Source: Candidatus Latescibacterota bacterium
GTDB taxonomy: Bacteria > Latescibacterota > UBA2968 > GCA-2709665
Reading direction: 5' to 3'
NCBI GenBank assembly: GCA_965208835.1
Contig: OZ242358.1
Coordinates: 128,001 to 192,000 of the forward strand
DNA: 64,000 nt
Both the position numbers and the translations under genes were made by a program. Below the pieces are notes generated by a model. The model had not been told where the DNA came from, searched no databases, and saw only the letters and a list, made by a program, of their open reading frames with translations. Positions 1 through 9,887 of this stretch are shown here, in pieces (the first letter of the stretch is position 1; the number at the start of each line of letters is the position of its first letter).

Positions 1-2083
1 GCCCCCGTTCGCGCAGATGCTGCGCGACGTCTGCCGGAAACACAAGCCGGCGTTCAGGACGGCGGTCCCCGGGTTCCCAGCAGAGCGAACACACGCGATG
101 GCCCCCGTCCAGCGTCACCTGAAAGGTCCGGTGATATGGACACCTTCGGATGGGCTTCATATGTATCGGCGCTTCCACGGTAACCGTACGTTCGCAATGC
201 GGGCCATCCCGGAATCCGGTGTCCGTGCACAGCCGAAGCTGCCGCATGCCGGCAACGGGTGCTTCGATCCAGGCGTTTTTGCGATGCTTCGGCAGGCTGT
301 TGAACAGGTCGAACAGTAGAGGTGCGGCCGACCTCGCGCCCGTAAGATCCGCATTCCCCCGACCGCCGAAATTGCCAATCCATACCGCCACCGTCCACTC
401 GGGGCTGACGCCGATCGCCCAGGCGTCCCGCTTCCCGTAGCTGGTTCCCGTCTTCCACGCGATCGGCCACTGGTTCTGGTACTGATGCCAGTAATATTCC
501 ACGCCCGGCCGCTTGAGGTCTCGTAGCATGTCGAGCGTCAAATAACAGGCGCCCGGACTGATCAGCGCCGGCCCTTCCGAATCGGGCGTCCCGGCAAGGA
601 CCTTGAGTGGACTGAAACGGCCGTCGTTGGCCAGCGCGCGGTAGCATTGCGCCATGTCCCACAGGCTGACTTCCACGCCGCCCAGAATCATCGGCAGACC
701 GTAATCCCCAGGGGACCGGATAAGGGTTTTGAGGCCGGCGGATTTCAGAAAACGGTAGAACGGATCCAACCCGTACGCATCCAGCAAGCGGACCGCAGGC
801 ACGTTCAGGGAACGGACCAGCGCCTCCTTTGCCGCCACCAGACCGGAGAAGGTCCCGTCGGCGTTTCCCGGGGAAAAAGCGCCGTAGTGGGTGGGAAGAT
901 CCCGGAGCCGCGTCCGGGGCAGCAGAAGGCCCTGGTCGATTCCCAGGGCGAACAGAAACGGTTTGAGCAGAGAGCCGGAGGACCTCGCGGCTGCAACGCC
1001 GTCCACCCGGCCCTGGTTCCGGTCGTCGAAGAATCCCTGGGATCCGACGTACGCACGCACTCTACCCGTTCGGGTATCGGCCACCAGGGCCGCTCCGTTC
1101 CGGACGCCCAGCCGCCTCATAAAGGCCGCGTGTCGATTGACGAGCTCCGCGCTTTGTCTTTGAATATCCCGATGAAGGGTGGTCGTTATGTACGTATTCC
1201 CGTACCGCGACTCCAGTCGCCGCGCCAGATGCGGCGCGTCCATCGGCAACGGCCTGGCGCCGTCCGGGACCTCTTCCAGCCGCGCCAGGCCGAAGGTCTC
1301 GGCGTCGATCACCCCTTCGTTGTGCAGCCGGTTCAGAAGCCGATCGCGCCTTAGCCGTAATTTTCCGGGATCGGTCAGTGGCGATATGAGGCCCGGCGCG
1401 TTCGGGAGAACCGCCAGCGTGGCCGCCTCCGCCCAGGTCAACCGCTCCGGCGACTTGCCGAAATACCGTTGCGCTGCCGCGCGGTAACCGACAACATTGC
1501 CGCCATAAGGCGCGTGGTCCAGATAGAGGTTCAGGATCTCTTTCTTGTCATAATGCAGTTCGATCTTCAACGCCTGGAACATCTCCAGCGCTTTGTTGAG
1601 ATAGGTCCTTCTCTTGGGCGACGTCATCCGGGCAACCTGCATCGTCAGCGTGCTCGCGCCGCTCACGACCGCCCCCGAACGGGTATTCTGATAGACGGCC
1701 CGGAGCAGCGCCAGTGGATCCACGCCGGGATGCCTGTAAAACCGACGGTCCTCGAAAAACAGCACTGCCTGCTCCAGGGTTCGAGGAACTTCTGCGTTCG
1801 CCCGGTGGGGGAAACACCACTGTTCGTTGCTATTCAGGAACATCCGCAGGATTCGCCCCCGCTCGTCCAGAACGACCGTACTGTAATCAGGATCGAAAAG
1901 GGGGTCCGGCAGGGGAACCGACACGCAGAGTACCGCGAGGAGGAGAAGCAACGCAAGAAGGATCCCCACCCTGGCGCGTCTGCCGCATAACGGAAGGGTC
2001 CCGGGACGCCGCCTTCCCCGGGCTTTCGTCCGCCACCGCTTCCGAGACCTATTTACAGCTCCTGCAATCGACCAACGTTTCAT
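1..2083 (-). CDS. pbpC: Penicillin-binding protein 1C (transglycosylase/transpeptidase); 3' end runs off the window
   Basis: Manual minus-strand translation from ATG 2083 (GGAG upstream): TM anchor GILLALLLLLAVL, FEDRRF, GASTLTMQ, SxxK (GSLLKPF), KTG (AWKTGTSYG). Downstream of alpha-2-macroglobulin, the usual pairing. Absent from the ORF track because it is open at the window edge. Confidence 0.92.
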   Translation of the reverse strand, partial: MKRWSIAGAVNRSRKRWRTKARGRRRPGTLPLCGRRARVGILLALLLLLAVLCVSVPLPDPLFDPDYSTVVLDERGRILRMFLNSNEQWCFPHRANAEVPRTLEQAVLFFEDRRFYRHPGVDPLALLRAVYQNTRSGAVVSGASTLTMQVARMTSPKRRTYLNKALEMFQALKIELHYDKKEILNLYLDHAPYGGNVVGYRAAAQRYFGKSPERLTWAEAATLAVLPNAPGLISPLTDPGKLRLRRDRLLNRLHNEGVIDAETFGLARLEEVPDGARPLPMDAPHLARRLESRYGNTYITTTLHRDIQRQSAELVNRHAAFMRRLGVRNGAALVADTRTGRVRAYVGSQGFFDDRNQGRVDGVAAARSSGSLLKPFLFALGIDQGLLLPRTRLRDLPTHYGAFSPGNADGTFSGLVAAKEALVRSLNVPAVRLLDAYGLDPFYRFLKSAGLKTLIRSPGDYGLPMILGGVEVSLWDMAQCYRALANDGRFSPLKVLAGTPDSEGPALISPGACYLTLDMLRDLKRPGVEYYWHQYQNQWPIAWKTGTSYGKRDAWAIGVSPEWTVAVWIGNFGGRGNADLTGARSAAPLLFDLFNSLPKHRKNAWIEAPVAGMRQLRLCTDTGFRDGPHCERTVTVEAPIHMKPIRRCPYHRTFQVTLDGGHRVCSLCWEPGDRRPERRLVFPADVAQHLRERG

Positions 2084-2128
2084 TAATCGCTCCGCCCTCG
2101 CCGGCGGCCGGGCGCATTCTGATCCGCC

Positions 2129-2232
2129 GGACGCCCACAAGGGACGCCCCTGCGAATGCGACATCGGCGCATAATCCAGGGAGATCGATTCGTGGATATT
2201 TGCTTTTGTAGGGGCGTCCCTTGTGGGCACCC
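2129..2232. repeat. Inverted pair of GTAG-type REP sequences (REPIN/BIME-like)
   Basis: GGACGCCCACAAGGGACGCCCCTGC ... GTAGGGGCGTCCCTTGTGGGCACCC. The spacer GGGAGATCGATTCGTG is shared with the copies at 9667-9882. Confidence 0.75.
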
Positions 2233-2291
2233 GTATTGCGGCGCAGGTATTGGTGAATTGATGTCGGCAGGCCCTGTCGTCTGCCTGGTTT

Positions 2292-2324
2292 AGCTGACAG
2301 CTGACGGCTGATAGCTAATGGCTG
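2292..2324. repeat. Degenerate tandem heptamer repeat (RGCTGAY)n
   Basis: AGCTGAC AGCTGAC GGCTGAT AGCTAAT GGCTG. Confidence 0.6.
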
Positions 2325-2337
2325 TTTCTGCTGCTTA

Positions 2338-2500
2338 AGAAGCTGTCTTAAAACCCCCAGCGGTCTTCGCGCGGCTGCAAACGCGTCGGTTTGCGTTGGT
2401 CAAATCCACCCGTACAGCCAAATATGGGCGAATTTGCCCGCCTTGACCGACACATTTTCGCTCGCGCTCGGGACTAACCGGGAATTTTAAAACAGCTTCT
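2338..2500. mobile_element. MITE family A (non-autonomous, ~163 bp)
   Basis: Terminal inverted repeats AGAAGCTGTCTTAAAA ... TTTTAAAACAGCTTCT; an internally deleted homolog lies at 60657-60728. Confidence 0.75.
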
Positions 2501-2506
2501 AAGGTT

Positions 2507-5500
2507 CTATCTCTGTTTCACCACAACCCGTTTTCCGGCCGCGGTCGCCCGGTAGGATCGATCGTACATGGCTTCGGCAACCGTTGCAGGCAGCCTGAAT
2601 GACCCTGCCGTAACGGCGCTCAATCGGACGACGAAATCCAGATCCCTTCGACTCTTGAAATCGAAAAACCACATCACCCGGTCGTCGCGGGCGTCCATGT
2701 ATTCCTCGCGGTTCAGATTCAGGCGCTTCGTCCAACTCGGCGCCGTCCGAGCGGACAGACGCGGGTTGTCGATCTCCCAGCCGGCGGGAAGCACCTGGAC
2801 CAGCGCCAGCTCTTCGACGTTTCGCGCGACGGCCAGATTGCGCACGCGAAGATGACCCCAGAAGTTCTCGCCCTGAGACAGTTCGGTGGGATCAATCGGC
2901 AGCCCATCGTCGTTGAGCCAGCGCACCTTCAGCGCCAGCTTGCTGGAGGTATCTCCCTCGTCGTCGGTAAGCGGTACTCCGTCCCAGTCCAGGGTTGCGA
3001 ACGCCCTCCTGACGGTCGACGCCGAGTCCAGCGTAACAGCGACTTCCCGGCCAAAGCCCTCTTCGATTTCAACGTGGTAGGCTGACCGATCCGTCTCAAA
3101 CGGCATCTCCCGTCCATCCGGAAGGCGGATCGTGCCGGCGAGCACGGGCGGGCCATCCTCTCCTCTGTCGAGAGACCGGACGTATTTTCCCAGGGACAGA
3201 AGCATAAAGCCTGTGGTCTGGGTGCTGTACCATTTCTGCGACGCGAGCGCGAGGCCCAGATCTTTGGCGACCTCGTCCGCCTCCGACCAGCGTTCGAACA
3301 TGACCAGCGTATTCAGAATGATCGCCAGATCCCGCATGCCCGAGCCGTAGGTCCCGCCCGATTCGTTGTACACCTCCACCCGCTTTCCGGCCGGGATGAG
3401 GATCTGGGCGGCCGTCCGCTCAACGCCCGCCAGGTGATACGCCGCGGCCAGCAGCCACTTCTGGGTGTCGTTCATGTCCTTGATCCCGGTCTCCTTCAGC
3501 AGATTCATCGGTCCGATCTGGTATTCGCCGGCCAGCGCCAGGAGAAAGACGCGATAGACCCGTGCCATCAAACCATCCTTAACCGTTAGCGACCGGGATT
3601 TTTCGTAGCGCATCCAATTCGCCATCAGGTCCTGCGGCACGTGGTATCCCAGTTTGGCCGCCTCAATCAGAAAGTGGCCCGCGTACAGAGAACCCCAGGT
3701 TGAGACGGTGTTGGCGCCGGGCCAGTAGGCGAATCCGCCTGAGCCAAGCTTGAATTTCCTCAATTTGCGGATCGCCGAATTGATGAACATGTCGATCCGG
3801 ACCGTTGCGTCGCCGGCATACTTCACGCCCTCCAGGAAGGTACTCAGGTACAACAGTGGAAACGCGGTCGAAACCGTTTGCTCGATGCAGCCGTAAGGAA
3901 AGCGCACCAGCCGGAGCAGCCTGTGGGTCATTCCGAAGTCCGGGTGGCGGCGCAGAACCACCCTGGCGCGATTGGTACCGGGCAGTCCTTTGTCCGGGAC
4001 CGTAAAGCGGACACGCTCACCGGGGCGGATTTCCTGTTCCTGTACGGCGTAGGTTCTGGGTGACGATGGCCGCACATTCAAATCGGTCTCATGATCAGCG
4101 ACGATGTCCGGCGCCGCCGCCGCGACGACCACCCTGGCCTGCCCCACTGCCGAAGCCGCGTTAAGCGTAAACGAGAGTTCCTGCTCCCCCGAGGTTGAGA
4201 AATCCAATTCCTGCCGCGCCGGGCCGACAACCGAAACCGGGCCCTCGGCGTGTATCGAAACGACGATCGGTCCGATACTGTCGACCATCGCGAAAACGGT
4301 TACCGGAACGGTGATACGGTCCCCCGGGCCAAGCACGCGGGGCAGCGTTGGCATCACCATCAGGTCGGTCTTCACCGGTACCGAGGATTCCGACTTGCCG
4401 TATCGTCCGCCGCTGGCGGAAACGGCCATAACGCGCACCGAACCGGTGTAGTCGGGCATTTCGAAATCAACGGTAGCCCGTCCCTGCGCGTCGGTTTCGA
4501 TCGGACCCTTGAACAGCGATACCGCCTTGAATCGCTTCGCGCGTTCCGGCTCCAGCTGGGAAGCCCTGTACGCGAATCCGCCGCCCACCGCGAAGGTCTT
4601 GAAGACGTCTCCCTTGTTGGCGCCGATGACGTGGGAATACACGTCGTGCGTCACCACTCCCAGCCGACGCTTCCTGTAAAACGACTGCCACGCGTCAGGC
4701 GTGGCGAACCCGGTGAGCGCCATCAGCCCCTCATCCACCACGGCCAGCGTGAACTGCGCCGGCTCGCCATCGCCCGTTTCGACCACGATCTGAAACCGGG
4801 ATTCGGGCTTGAGTTCGCCAGGCATTCGGAGGGTAATCTCCTGGCGGGTGTGGGGATCGCTCACATTGAGGGGAACCACGCCGTACATCCGAATCGGTCG
4901 GTCGTTCATCGTCTGAGCGTATGGCTGGAGGACCGAGACGCCAACGTATGCGGTGGGCGCCATATCCCGCGTAATGGGTACCGGTACCTGAAACTCTTCC
5001 TGGCGACCGTCCGGTTCGTACCATCGCGTCTGCAGAATCCGGCTGTCCTGTTCGACCGAGACCAGAATCGCGCCCTGTCGCGGCGCGGGAAACGTCACCA
5101 GCGCGGAATCGCCGGGGGCGTAGGCCTTTCTGTCGGTCTTGAGCGCGAGCATGCCCGCGGATTTCGGATCGGCCTGCGCTTCACCCCACGGATAGGCGCG
5201 CATGAAGAACGCGGCGGTATGGCCGGACCCATCCTTCACTTCGATCAGATACTCGCCCCGTTCCTCGGGGGTAAACACCAGCGGTACGGGCGCGGCTTGC
5301 GAGAAAAGCGAGCCGCTCTGGATCTGTTCCGTGAACTGGTCCGTCTTGAACTTGAGGCGAAACTGATCGCGCGACTGGTATTCCCACCACCAGTGCGACG
5401 TGCTTCTGTAGATTCGGTATTCAAGCGGCAATCCCGGCATCGCTTCACCGTGAGGCGTGACCAGTACAACCGGAATTTCCAGCGAGGACCCAAGGCGGGC

Positions 5501-8026
5501 ATATCCATAGTCCAACCGGGGTTTTCGCACCCCGACGTAGCGCTCGTACGGATCCAGGTCGAGCGTCTCTCGGCTGCGGTTGGGGCGGCCCCCTTTCTCC
5601 AGCACCGTGGCTTCGATCCGGACACGAACCCCCGATGGCTCCGTTTCGGATACAGATAGCGGCCAGCGCACCCGCGCGCGGCCCTCCGCGTCGAGTTTGC
5701 CCTTGAAGATGCTGGTGCGGCTCGTCTTGTACCTTACGGCTTCGTTGGTGAAGCTGAATCCCGGGTAGTTGGTAAACTGCCGGGCGGCGTGTACGAATTC
5801 GACCGCGACCTCGGCATCCAGCCCTGCAGCCGGATTTCCGAAAAGGTAGGTGCTGGCGAGTACCAGTCGAAGTTCATCGTCATCAGGCGTCAAACGCGTC
5901 TTTTCGGGCTCGATCCGTACCTTCAACCGGTAAGGGACCACCGTCTCGACCTTCACGGTATGGTCAAACGTCCGGCTTCCCACCTCCAGGCGCGCCCGCC
6001 AGTTTCCCGTGGGGTCGTCGGGCTCGGTCCTGAAGCTGAACGCATAGAAGCCGTCCTTGCCCGTTCGGGACGTCCGATCGAGTACAAGCTGGTTTCTGGG
6101 GTTGAAGAGTTTCAGCGTAACCGGGTGGTTCTCCGGAAAGGTCTCATCCGAATTGCGCGCGATCAGTGAAAGGTGGATCTCGTCGCCGGGCCGGTACACG
6201 CCCCTTTCAGAATATATATACGCCCGGACACCGTCCGGCGGCGCCGATACGCCCCCGGTATCGAAGGTGGAAAGGTCCCAGGCCATTTCGTTGCACTTGA
6301 TGATGCTCTTCTGGTCGTCTTTTTCCGCTTCAACATAGAAGACGTCCCGCTCTCCGCCGGGGATCGTTACCGCGCCGTGCCTGTCCGTCAGGCCCCGCCC
6401 GACCACCTGGTTCTGGAACGTACGCAGCGTGACCGTCACGCCGGACATGGGCGCCGCGTTGTTGAGATCCCGGACGTAAACCAGGTGCCGGCGACGCGCC
6501 TTCTTGTACGTCAATCCGATATCGCTTACAATAACGGGCTTGAATACCCGTCCGTGTGTGTTGATGTATCCCGGTGAGTAGGGATGGCTGCGGTAATCCC
6601 ACAACCCCCGGTTCCACCGCCATTGCTTTCGCGCTTCCTCGGCCTCGCCGGGCGCGCCGTACAGCATGTCGACGTGCTTGAAGCTGAGACTGATCAGAAG
6701 CGGTCCTTTCTCTGAGGGATCGAGCAGCGCGTTCAGGTCCAGCTCGTGCTGCAGCCACCGGTTGCGGACCTGGCTGATCTCGAGGACTGTATCGACAAGG
6801 CCCACGCCTACGCGGTTGACGGCCCAGGAGCTGAAGTCCCGTCGACGGTCCACGCCGCTCTTCAGACTCTGACTCTGCAGGAACTGGCCCAGGTTCGAGT
6901 CGAAAACCTGCTTGATCTGCAACCTCGCCCGATTCACGTTCACCGTCCGGAACCGCACACGCTGGCGTTTGATCGTAGGAAGAATCATCCCGTCTTCGGA
7001 GAATCGAATCCGGGGCTTCAGGTCGGGTATCTCGACCGTCTCGGTATGTTCCGAGGCCGTCGCCGCTCCCCATCGGCTGCGAATGCCGGGATGAATGGTG
7101 AGCGTATAGTGCCGACCATGCACAAAGTCCCCGCTCACGTGGATTCCCCTGCCCGCCGCGCTGGTCCGGATATCCAACGCCGGCACCACGGCAATCAGCC
7201 CGCGGAGGTCCTGGCCGGGGTCCGGGTCGTCGGTCATTTCGATCGCAAGGCCGGGCTCCCGCCCTTCCGCGCGACCTTCGACTTTGACGACTTTCATCTC
7301 CGTTACGGGAGCCAGAGTCCTTTTGTTCACGTAGTTCCGCGATATCTCCAACGGCTCCTTATCGAGGTCGAAACGGAGCTCTCGTCTGATTGCTCCCCGT
7401 ACAATGGGGTCCGAGACAAACGTGAAAGTACTCCCCTCAGCGTCTGCCTTCCAGACAAGGGAGAGCCGCTCCCGGCCCAGAGACAGCCGCCCGGCCTGCC
7501 GCACCTGTTCCAGCGAGGTCTTCTCGCTGAACACGACCTGCCCCTTGTACACCACGCGCCGTGGATCCTCTTTCTCGATCAGCTCGAAATCCACGTTCAA
7601 CGAGACAATCTCCCGGCCGGCTACGTGAAACGCGAACTCGAGCGGTTGCAGGTTCCCGTGCTGAGGGAACAGGGCTGCGAGATCGATGGCGCCCCTGTAG
7701 TTCTGCCGGAACGGGAGCGGCGCGTCCGGCCGGAAGAGAAGGGTACGACGGTCCTCCCAGCCGGCGGCGCCGTTGATGTCCGGTACGAACGTGAATACGT
7801 CTTTCTCAGGGCTCTTGCCAACCCGGTTTCCGGGCACGACCGGCGACACGAATCGCACGCGTATGTCGTCTCCCGCTCGGATGACATCGGATGTCACGTG
7901 GCTGACGAGCCTTGCCGTCTCCGGCGAGTAGGAGATCGACCCGGTTTCGTTCCGTTTCGAAGTACATCCGGCCATCAGAAATCCGATCAGAAACAACCTG
8001 CCGGCGCCAATCCGATTGAGAATCAT
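2507..8026 (-). CDS. Bacterial alpha-2-macroglobulin family lipoprotein (YfhM-like)
   Basis: ~1840 aa; lipobox LMAGC, ERGVYRPGD, AVVDEG, thioester motif PYGCIEQ, C-terminal AEAMY; adjacent to pbpC. Start set at ATG 8026. Confidence 0.93.
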   Translation of the reverse strand: MILNRIGAGRLFLIGFLMAGCTSKRNETGSISYSPETARLVSHVTSDVIRAGDDIRVRFVSPVVPGNRVGKSPEKDVFTFVPDINGAAGWEDRRTLLFRPDAPLPFRQNYRGAIDLAALFPQHGNLQPLEFAFHVAGREIVSLNVDFELIEKEDPRRVVYKGQVVFSEKTSLEQVRQAGRLSLGRERLSLVWKADAEGSTFTFVSDPIVRGAIRRELRFDLDKEPLEISRNYVNKRTLAPVTEMKVVKVEGRAEGREPGLAIEMTDDPDPGQDLRGLIAVVPALDIRTSAAGRGIHVSGDFVHGRHYTLTIHPGIRSRWGAATASEHTETVEIPDLKPRIRFSEDGMILPTIKRQRVRFRTVNVNRARLQIKQVFDSNLGQFLQSQSLKSGVDRRRDFSSWAVNRVGVGLVDTVLEISQVRNRWLQHELDLNALLDPSEKGPLLISLSFKHVDMLYGAPGEAEEARKQWRWNRGLWDYRSHPYSPGYINTHGRVFKPVIVSDIGLTYKKARRRHLVYVRDLNNAAPMSGVTVTLRTFQNQVVGRGLTDRHGAVTIPGGERDVFYVEAEKDDQKSIIKCNEMAWDLSTFDTGGVSAPPDGVRAYIYSERGVYRPGDEIHLSLIARNSDETFPENHPVTLKLFNPRNQLVLDRTSRTGKDGFYAFSFRTEPDDPTGNWRARLEVGSRTFDHTVKVETVVPYRLKVRIEPEKTRLTPDDDELRLVLASTYLFGNPAAGLDAEVAVEFVHAARQFTNYPGFSFTNEAVRYKTSRTSIFKGKLDAEGRARVRWPLSVSETEPSGVRVRIEATVLEKGGRPNRSRETLDLDPYERYVGVRKPRLDYGYARLGSSLEIPVVLVTPHGEAMPGLPLEYRIYRSTSHWWWEYQSRDQFRLKFKTDQFTEQIQSGSLFSQAAPVPLVFTPEERGEYLIEVKDGSGHTAAFFMRAYPWGEAQADPKSAGMLALKTDRKAYAPGDSALVTFPAPRQGAILVSVEQDSRILQTRWYEPDGRQEEFQVPVPITRDMAPTAYVGVSVLQPYAQTMNDRPIRMYGVVPLNVSDPHTRQEITLRMPGELKPESRFQIVVETGDGEPAQFTLAVVDEGLMALTGFATPDAWQSFYRKRRLGVVTHDVYSHVIGANKGDVFKTFAVGGGFAYRASQLEPERAKRFKAVSLFKGPIETDAQGRATVDFEMPDYTGSVRVMAVSASGGRYGKSESSVPVKTDLMVMPTLPRVLGPGDRITVPVTVFAMVDSIGPIVVSIHAEGPVSVVGPARQELDFSTSGEQELSFTLNAASAVGQARVVVAAAAPDIVADHETDLNVRPSSPRTYAVQEQEIRPGERVRFTVPDKGLPGTNRARVVLRRHPDFGMTHRLLRLVRFPYGCIEQTVSTAFPLLYLSTFLEGVKYAGDATVRIDMFINSAIRKLRKFKLGSGGFAYWPGANTVSTWGSLYAGHFLIEAAKLGYHVPQDLMANWMRYEKSRSLTVKDGLMARVYRVFLLALAGEYQIGPMNLLKETGIKDMNDTQKWLLAAAYHLAGVERTAAQILIPAGKRVEVYNESGGTYGSGMRDLAIILNTLVMFERWSEADEVAKDLGLALASQKWYSTQTTGFMLLSLGKYVRSLDRGEDGPPVLAGTIRLPDGREMPFETDRSAYHVEIEEGFGREVAVTLDSASTVRRAFATLDWDGVPLTDDEGDTSSKLALKVRWLNDDGLPIDPTELSQGENFWGHLRVRNLAVARNVEELALVQVLPAGWEIDNPRLSARTAPSWTKRLNLNREEYMDARDDRVMWFFDFKSRRDLDFVVRLSAVTAGSFRLPATVAEAMYDRSYRATAAGKRVVVKQR

Positions 8027-8215
8027 CCCCAGCTCCCCATGGTATATTGTGGAAACACCGGTCTGCACAGCCGGCGACAGGCAATCCGATCCCCGTCAGT
8101 AACGATCCATCGTCCGCCATCGACCCGCAAAACCGCTTGACATCACCGGGCCGATCTTTACCTTAACAGCCCGTTGAAAACCGGTCACGCGTCGCGAAAC
8201 CTCAGGAGATTTTTG

Positions 8216-9277
8216 ATGCAATTCGGCCAGTTCTATCTGCTGGAAACCCCGCCCGGCAAAGACCATACAGAGGTGTACCACGAAGCCTTCGAACAGTTCA
8301 AGCTCATGGACGATTTGGGCTGGGACGCCATCTGGCTGGCCGAACACCATTTCGACCACAAGGCGCCGGGGGCGAACTACTATTCGATTACCCCGTCCAT
8401 CCACACCATGGCCGCGTACGCGTCGGCCATTACGGAACGCATCAAGATCGGTACGGCGGTCATCGTACTGCCGTTCCACAACCCGGTCATCGTCGCTGAA
8501 GACTTCGCCACCGTGGATATCATGTCCAGAGGTAGGCTCCTCTTCGGCGTGGGGCGCGGCTATCAGCTCGAGGAGTTCCACAACTGGGGCATCGACCTGG
8601 AGGAAAGCCGGGAACGCTTTCAGGAAGAACTGGAGATTATCCTTAAAGCCTGGACGGGCCCCGTGGAGTACGACGGCAAGTTTCACAAGGTGCGGAGGGT
8701 CAACGTCATCCCGAAACCGGTACAACAGCCCCACCCGCCGGTTTACGTCGCGGCGGTGAGTCCCTCCACCTACGAGTGGGTCATCAAGAACGGTTACAAC
8801 GTCCTGACGTCGTTTCTGCATCCCTACGATCAGGTATTCGAGCTCTACGAAGCGTACCACAAGACGGCGGACGCGTGCGGCCTGACTGGAAAGCTGGACT
8901 TCCCTCTGGCGAGATTCCTCTACGTATCCGAATCCACAGAGAAAGCCCGCGAAGAGTGCCACGACCAACTCATGTGGTATTTCCGCACCCTGCTTGCGGA
9001 GGTGATCGCGCCGCCGCCCGAGATCGCGCCTCCCGGACAGATGGAATTCTACCAGGAACTGAAGGAGAAATTCTCGAACATCAGCTTCGACGAGATCCTG
9101 GCCGAACACGCCATCGTGGGCGATCCGGACTTTGTTGCCGACAAAATCGCCTGGATCCAAAAACACACGGGGTTGCAGAACTTCATGGGCTGGACCCGCA
9201 TCGGAGACCTGCATCCCGACCTGGTCTGCAAGTCCCTGCGGATGTTCTCAGAACACGTCGCGCCCGCGTTCAATTAA
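8216..9277 (+). CDS. LLM class flavin-dependent oxidoreductase (luciferase-like monooxygenase)
   Basis: WLAEHHF, TERIKIGTAV, AEDFATVDIMSRGRL, GVGRGY, PKPVQQPHPP; RBS AGGAG before ATG 8216. Confidence 0.9.
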   Translation: MQFGQFYLLETPPGKDHTEVYHEAFEQFKLMDDLGWDAIWLAEHHFDHKAPGANYYSITPSIHTMAAYASAITERIKIGTAVIVLPFHNPVIVAEDFATVDIMSRGRLLFGVGRGYQLEEFHNWGIDLEESRERFQEELEIILKAWTGPVEYDGKFHKVRRVNVIPKPVQQPHPPVYVAAVSPSTYEWVIKNGYNVLTSFLHPYDQVFELYEAYHKTADACGLTGKLDFPLARFLYVSESTEKAREECHDQLMWYFRTLLAEVIAPPPEIAPPGQMEFYQELKEKFSNISFDEILAEHAIVGDPDFVADKIAWIQKHTGLQNFMGWTRIGDLHPDLVCKSLRMFSEHVAPAFN

Positions 9278-9309
9278 ACGCACCGCTGAATTGCTTCCTG
9301 AAACCCTTC

Positions 9310-9645
9310 CTATTCCCGCCACGCCGGCTGTGTGACATGCAACAGCAGTGCGCCCTCCGGAACCGTGATCACGGTTGAGGTCCCCTTTTCGATATACCCC
9401 AGATCGCCGACTTCGAAACGCACCGGCTCCCTGCCTGCGGCGTGGACTTCCAGTTCGCCTTTCAACAGAAAAAAGACCTCGTTGTAGTCGAAGGTCCATT
9501 CCAGCCGGCTGGGTTCGAGGTATTCCGTGAATCCCGCGGCAAGGCAATCGTCCTTCCCAAGTATCGGGTCGGAGACCTGTACCGTTGCGCCAGGCGCGTC
9601 GTACAGCTTCATGTCCCGTTGATCCGGTTTGACGATCTGTACCAT
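9310..9645 (-). CDS. EutQ-like cupin protein
   Basis: 111 aa with LAAGF...LEWTFDYNEVFFLLKGEL...GDLGYIEKG; RBS AAGGAG. Confidence 0.75.
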   Translation of the reverse strand: MVQIVKPDQRDMKLYDAPGATVQVSDPILGKDDCLAAGFTEYLEPSRLEWTFDYNEVFFLLKGELEVHAAGREPVRFEVGDLGYIEKGTSTVITVPEGALLLHVTQPAWRE

Positions 9646-9666
9646 TAAAATTCTCCTTAATTATCT

Positions 9667-9882
9667 GGGCACCCACAAGGGGTGTCCCTACCAATGCAAG
9701 GCCGGCGCGTTAACGTGGGAGATCGATTCGTGTAAGTATGTTTTCTGTAGGGGGCGTTCGCGAACCGTGCCGCAATGTGGGCACCCACAAGGGGTGCCCC
9801 TACCAATGCAACGTCGGCGTGTTAACGTGGGAGATCGATTCGTGGATGTTTGGTTTTGTAGGGGCGTCCCTTGTGGGCGCCC
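9667..9882. repeat. Two tandem ~112-bp units of inverted GTAG-REPs (BIME/REPIN-like cluster)
   Basis: REPs at 9667-9691 (-), 9747-9771 (+, variant), 9779-9803 (-) and 9858-9882 (+); spacer TTAACGTGGGAGATCGATTCGTG repeated. Confidence 0.8.
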
Positions 9883-9887
9883 GGCCT

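Noticed and set aside
647-2211. Plus-strand ORFs in the first 2 kb
   Set aside because: Antisense to pbpC, which is missing from the track only because it lacks a stop codon inside the window.
9667-9882. Possible CRISPR array
   Set aside because: Only two units, alternating repeat orientation, conserved rather than unique spacers, and no cas genes; fits REP/BIME.
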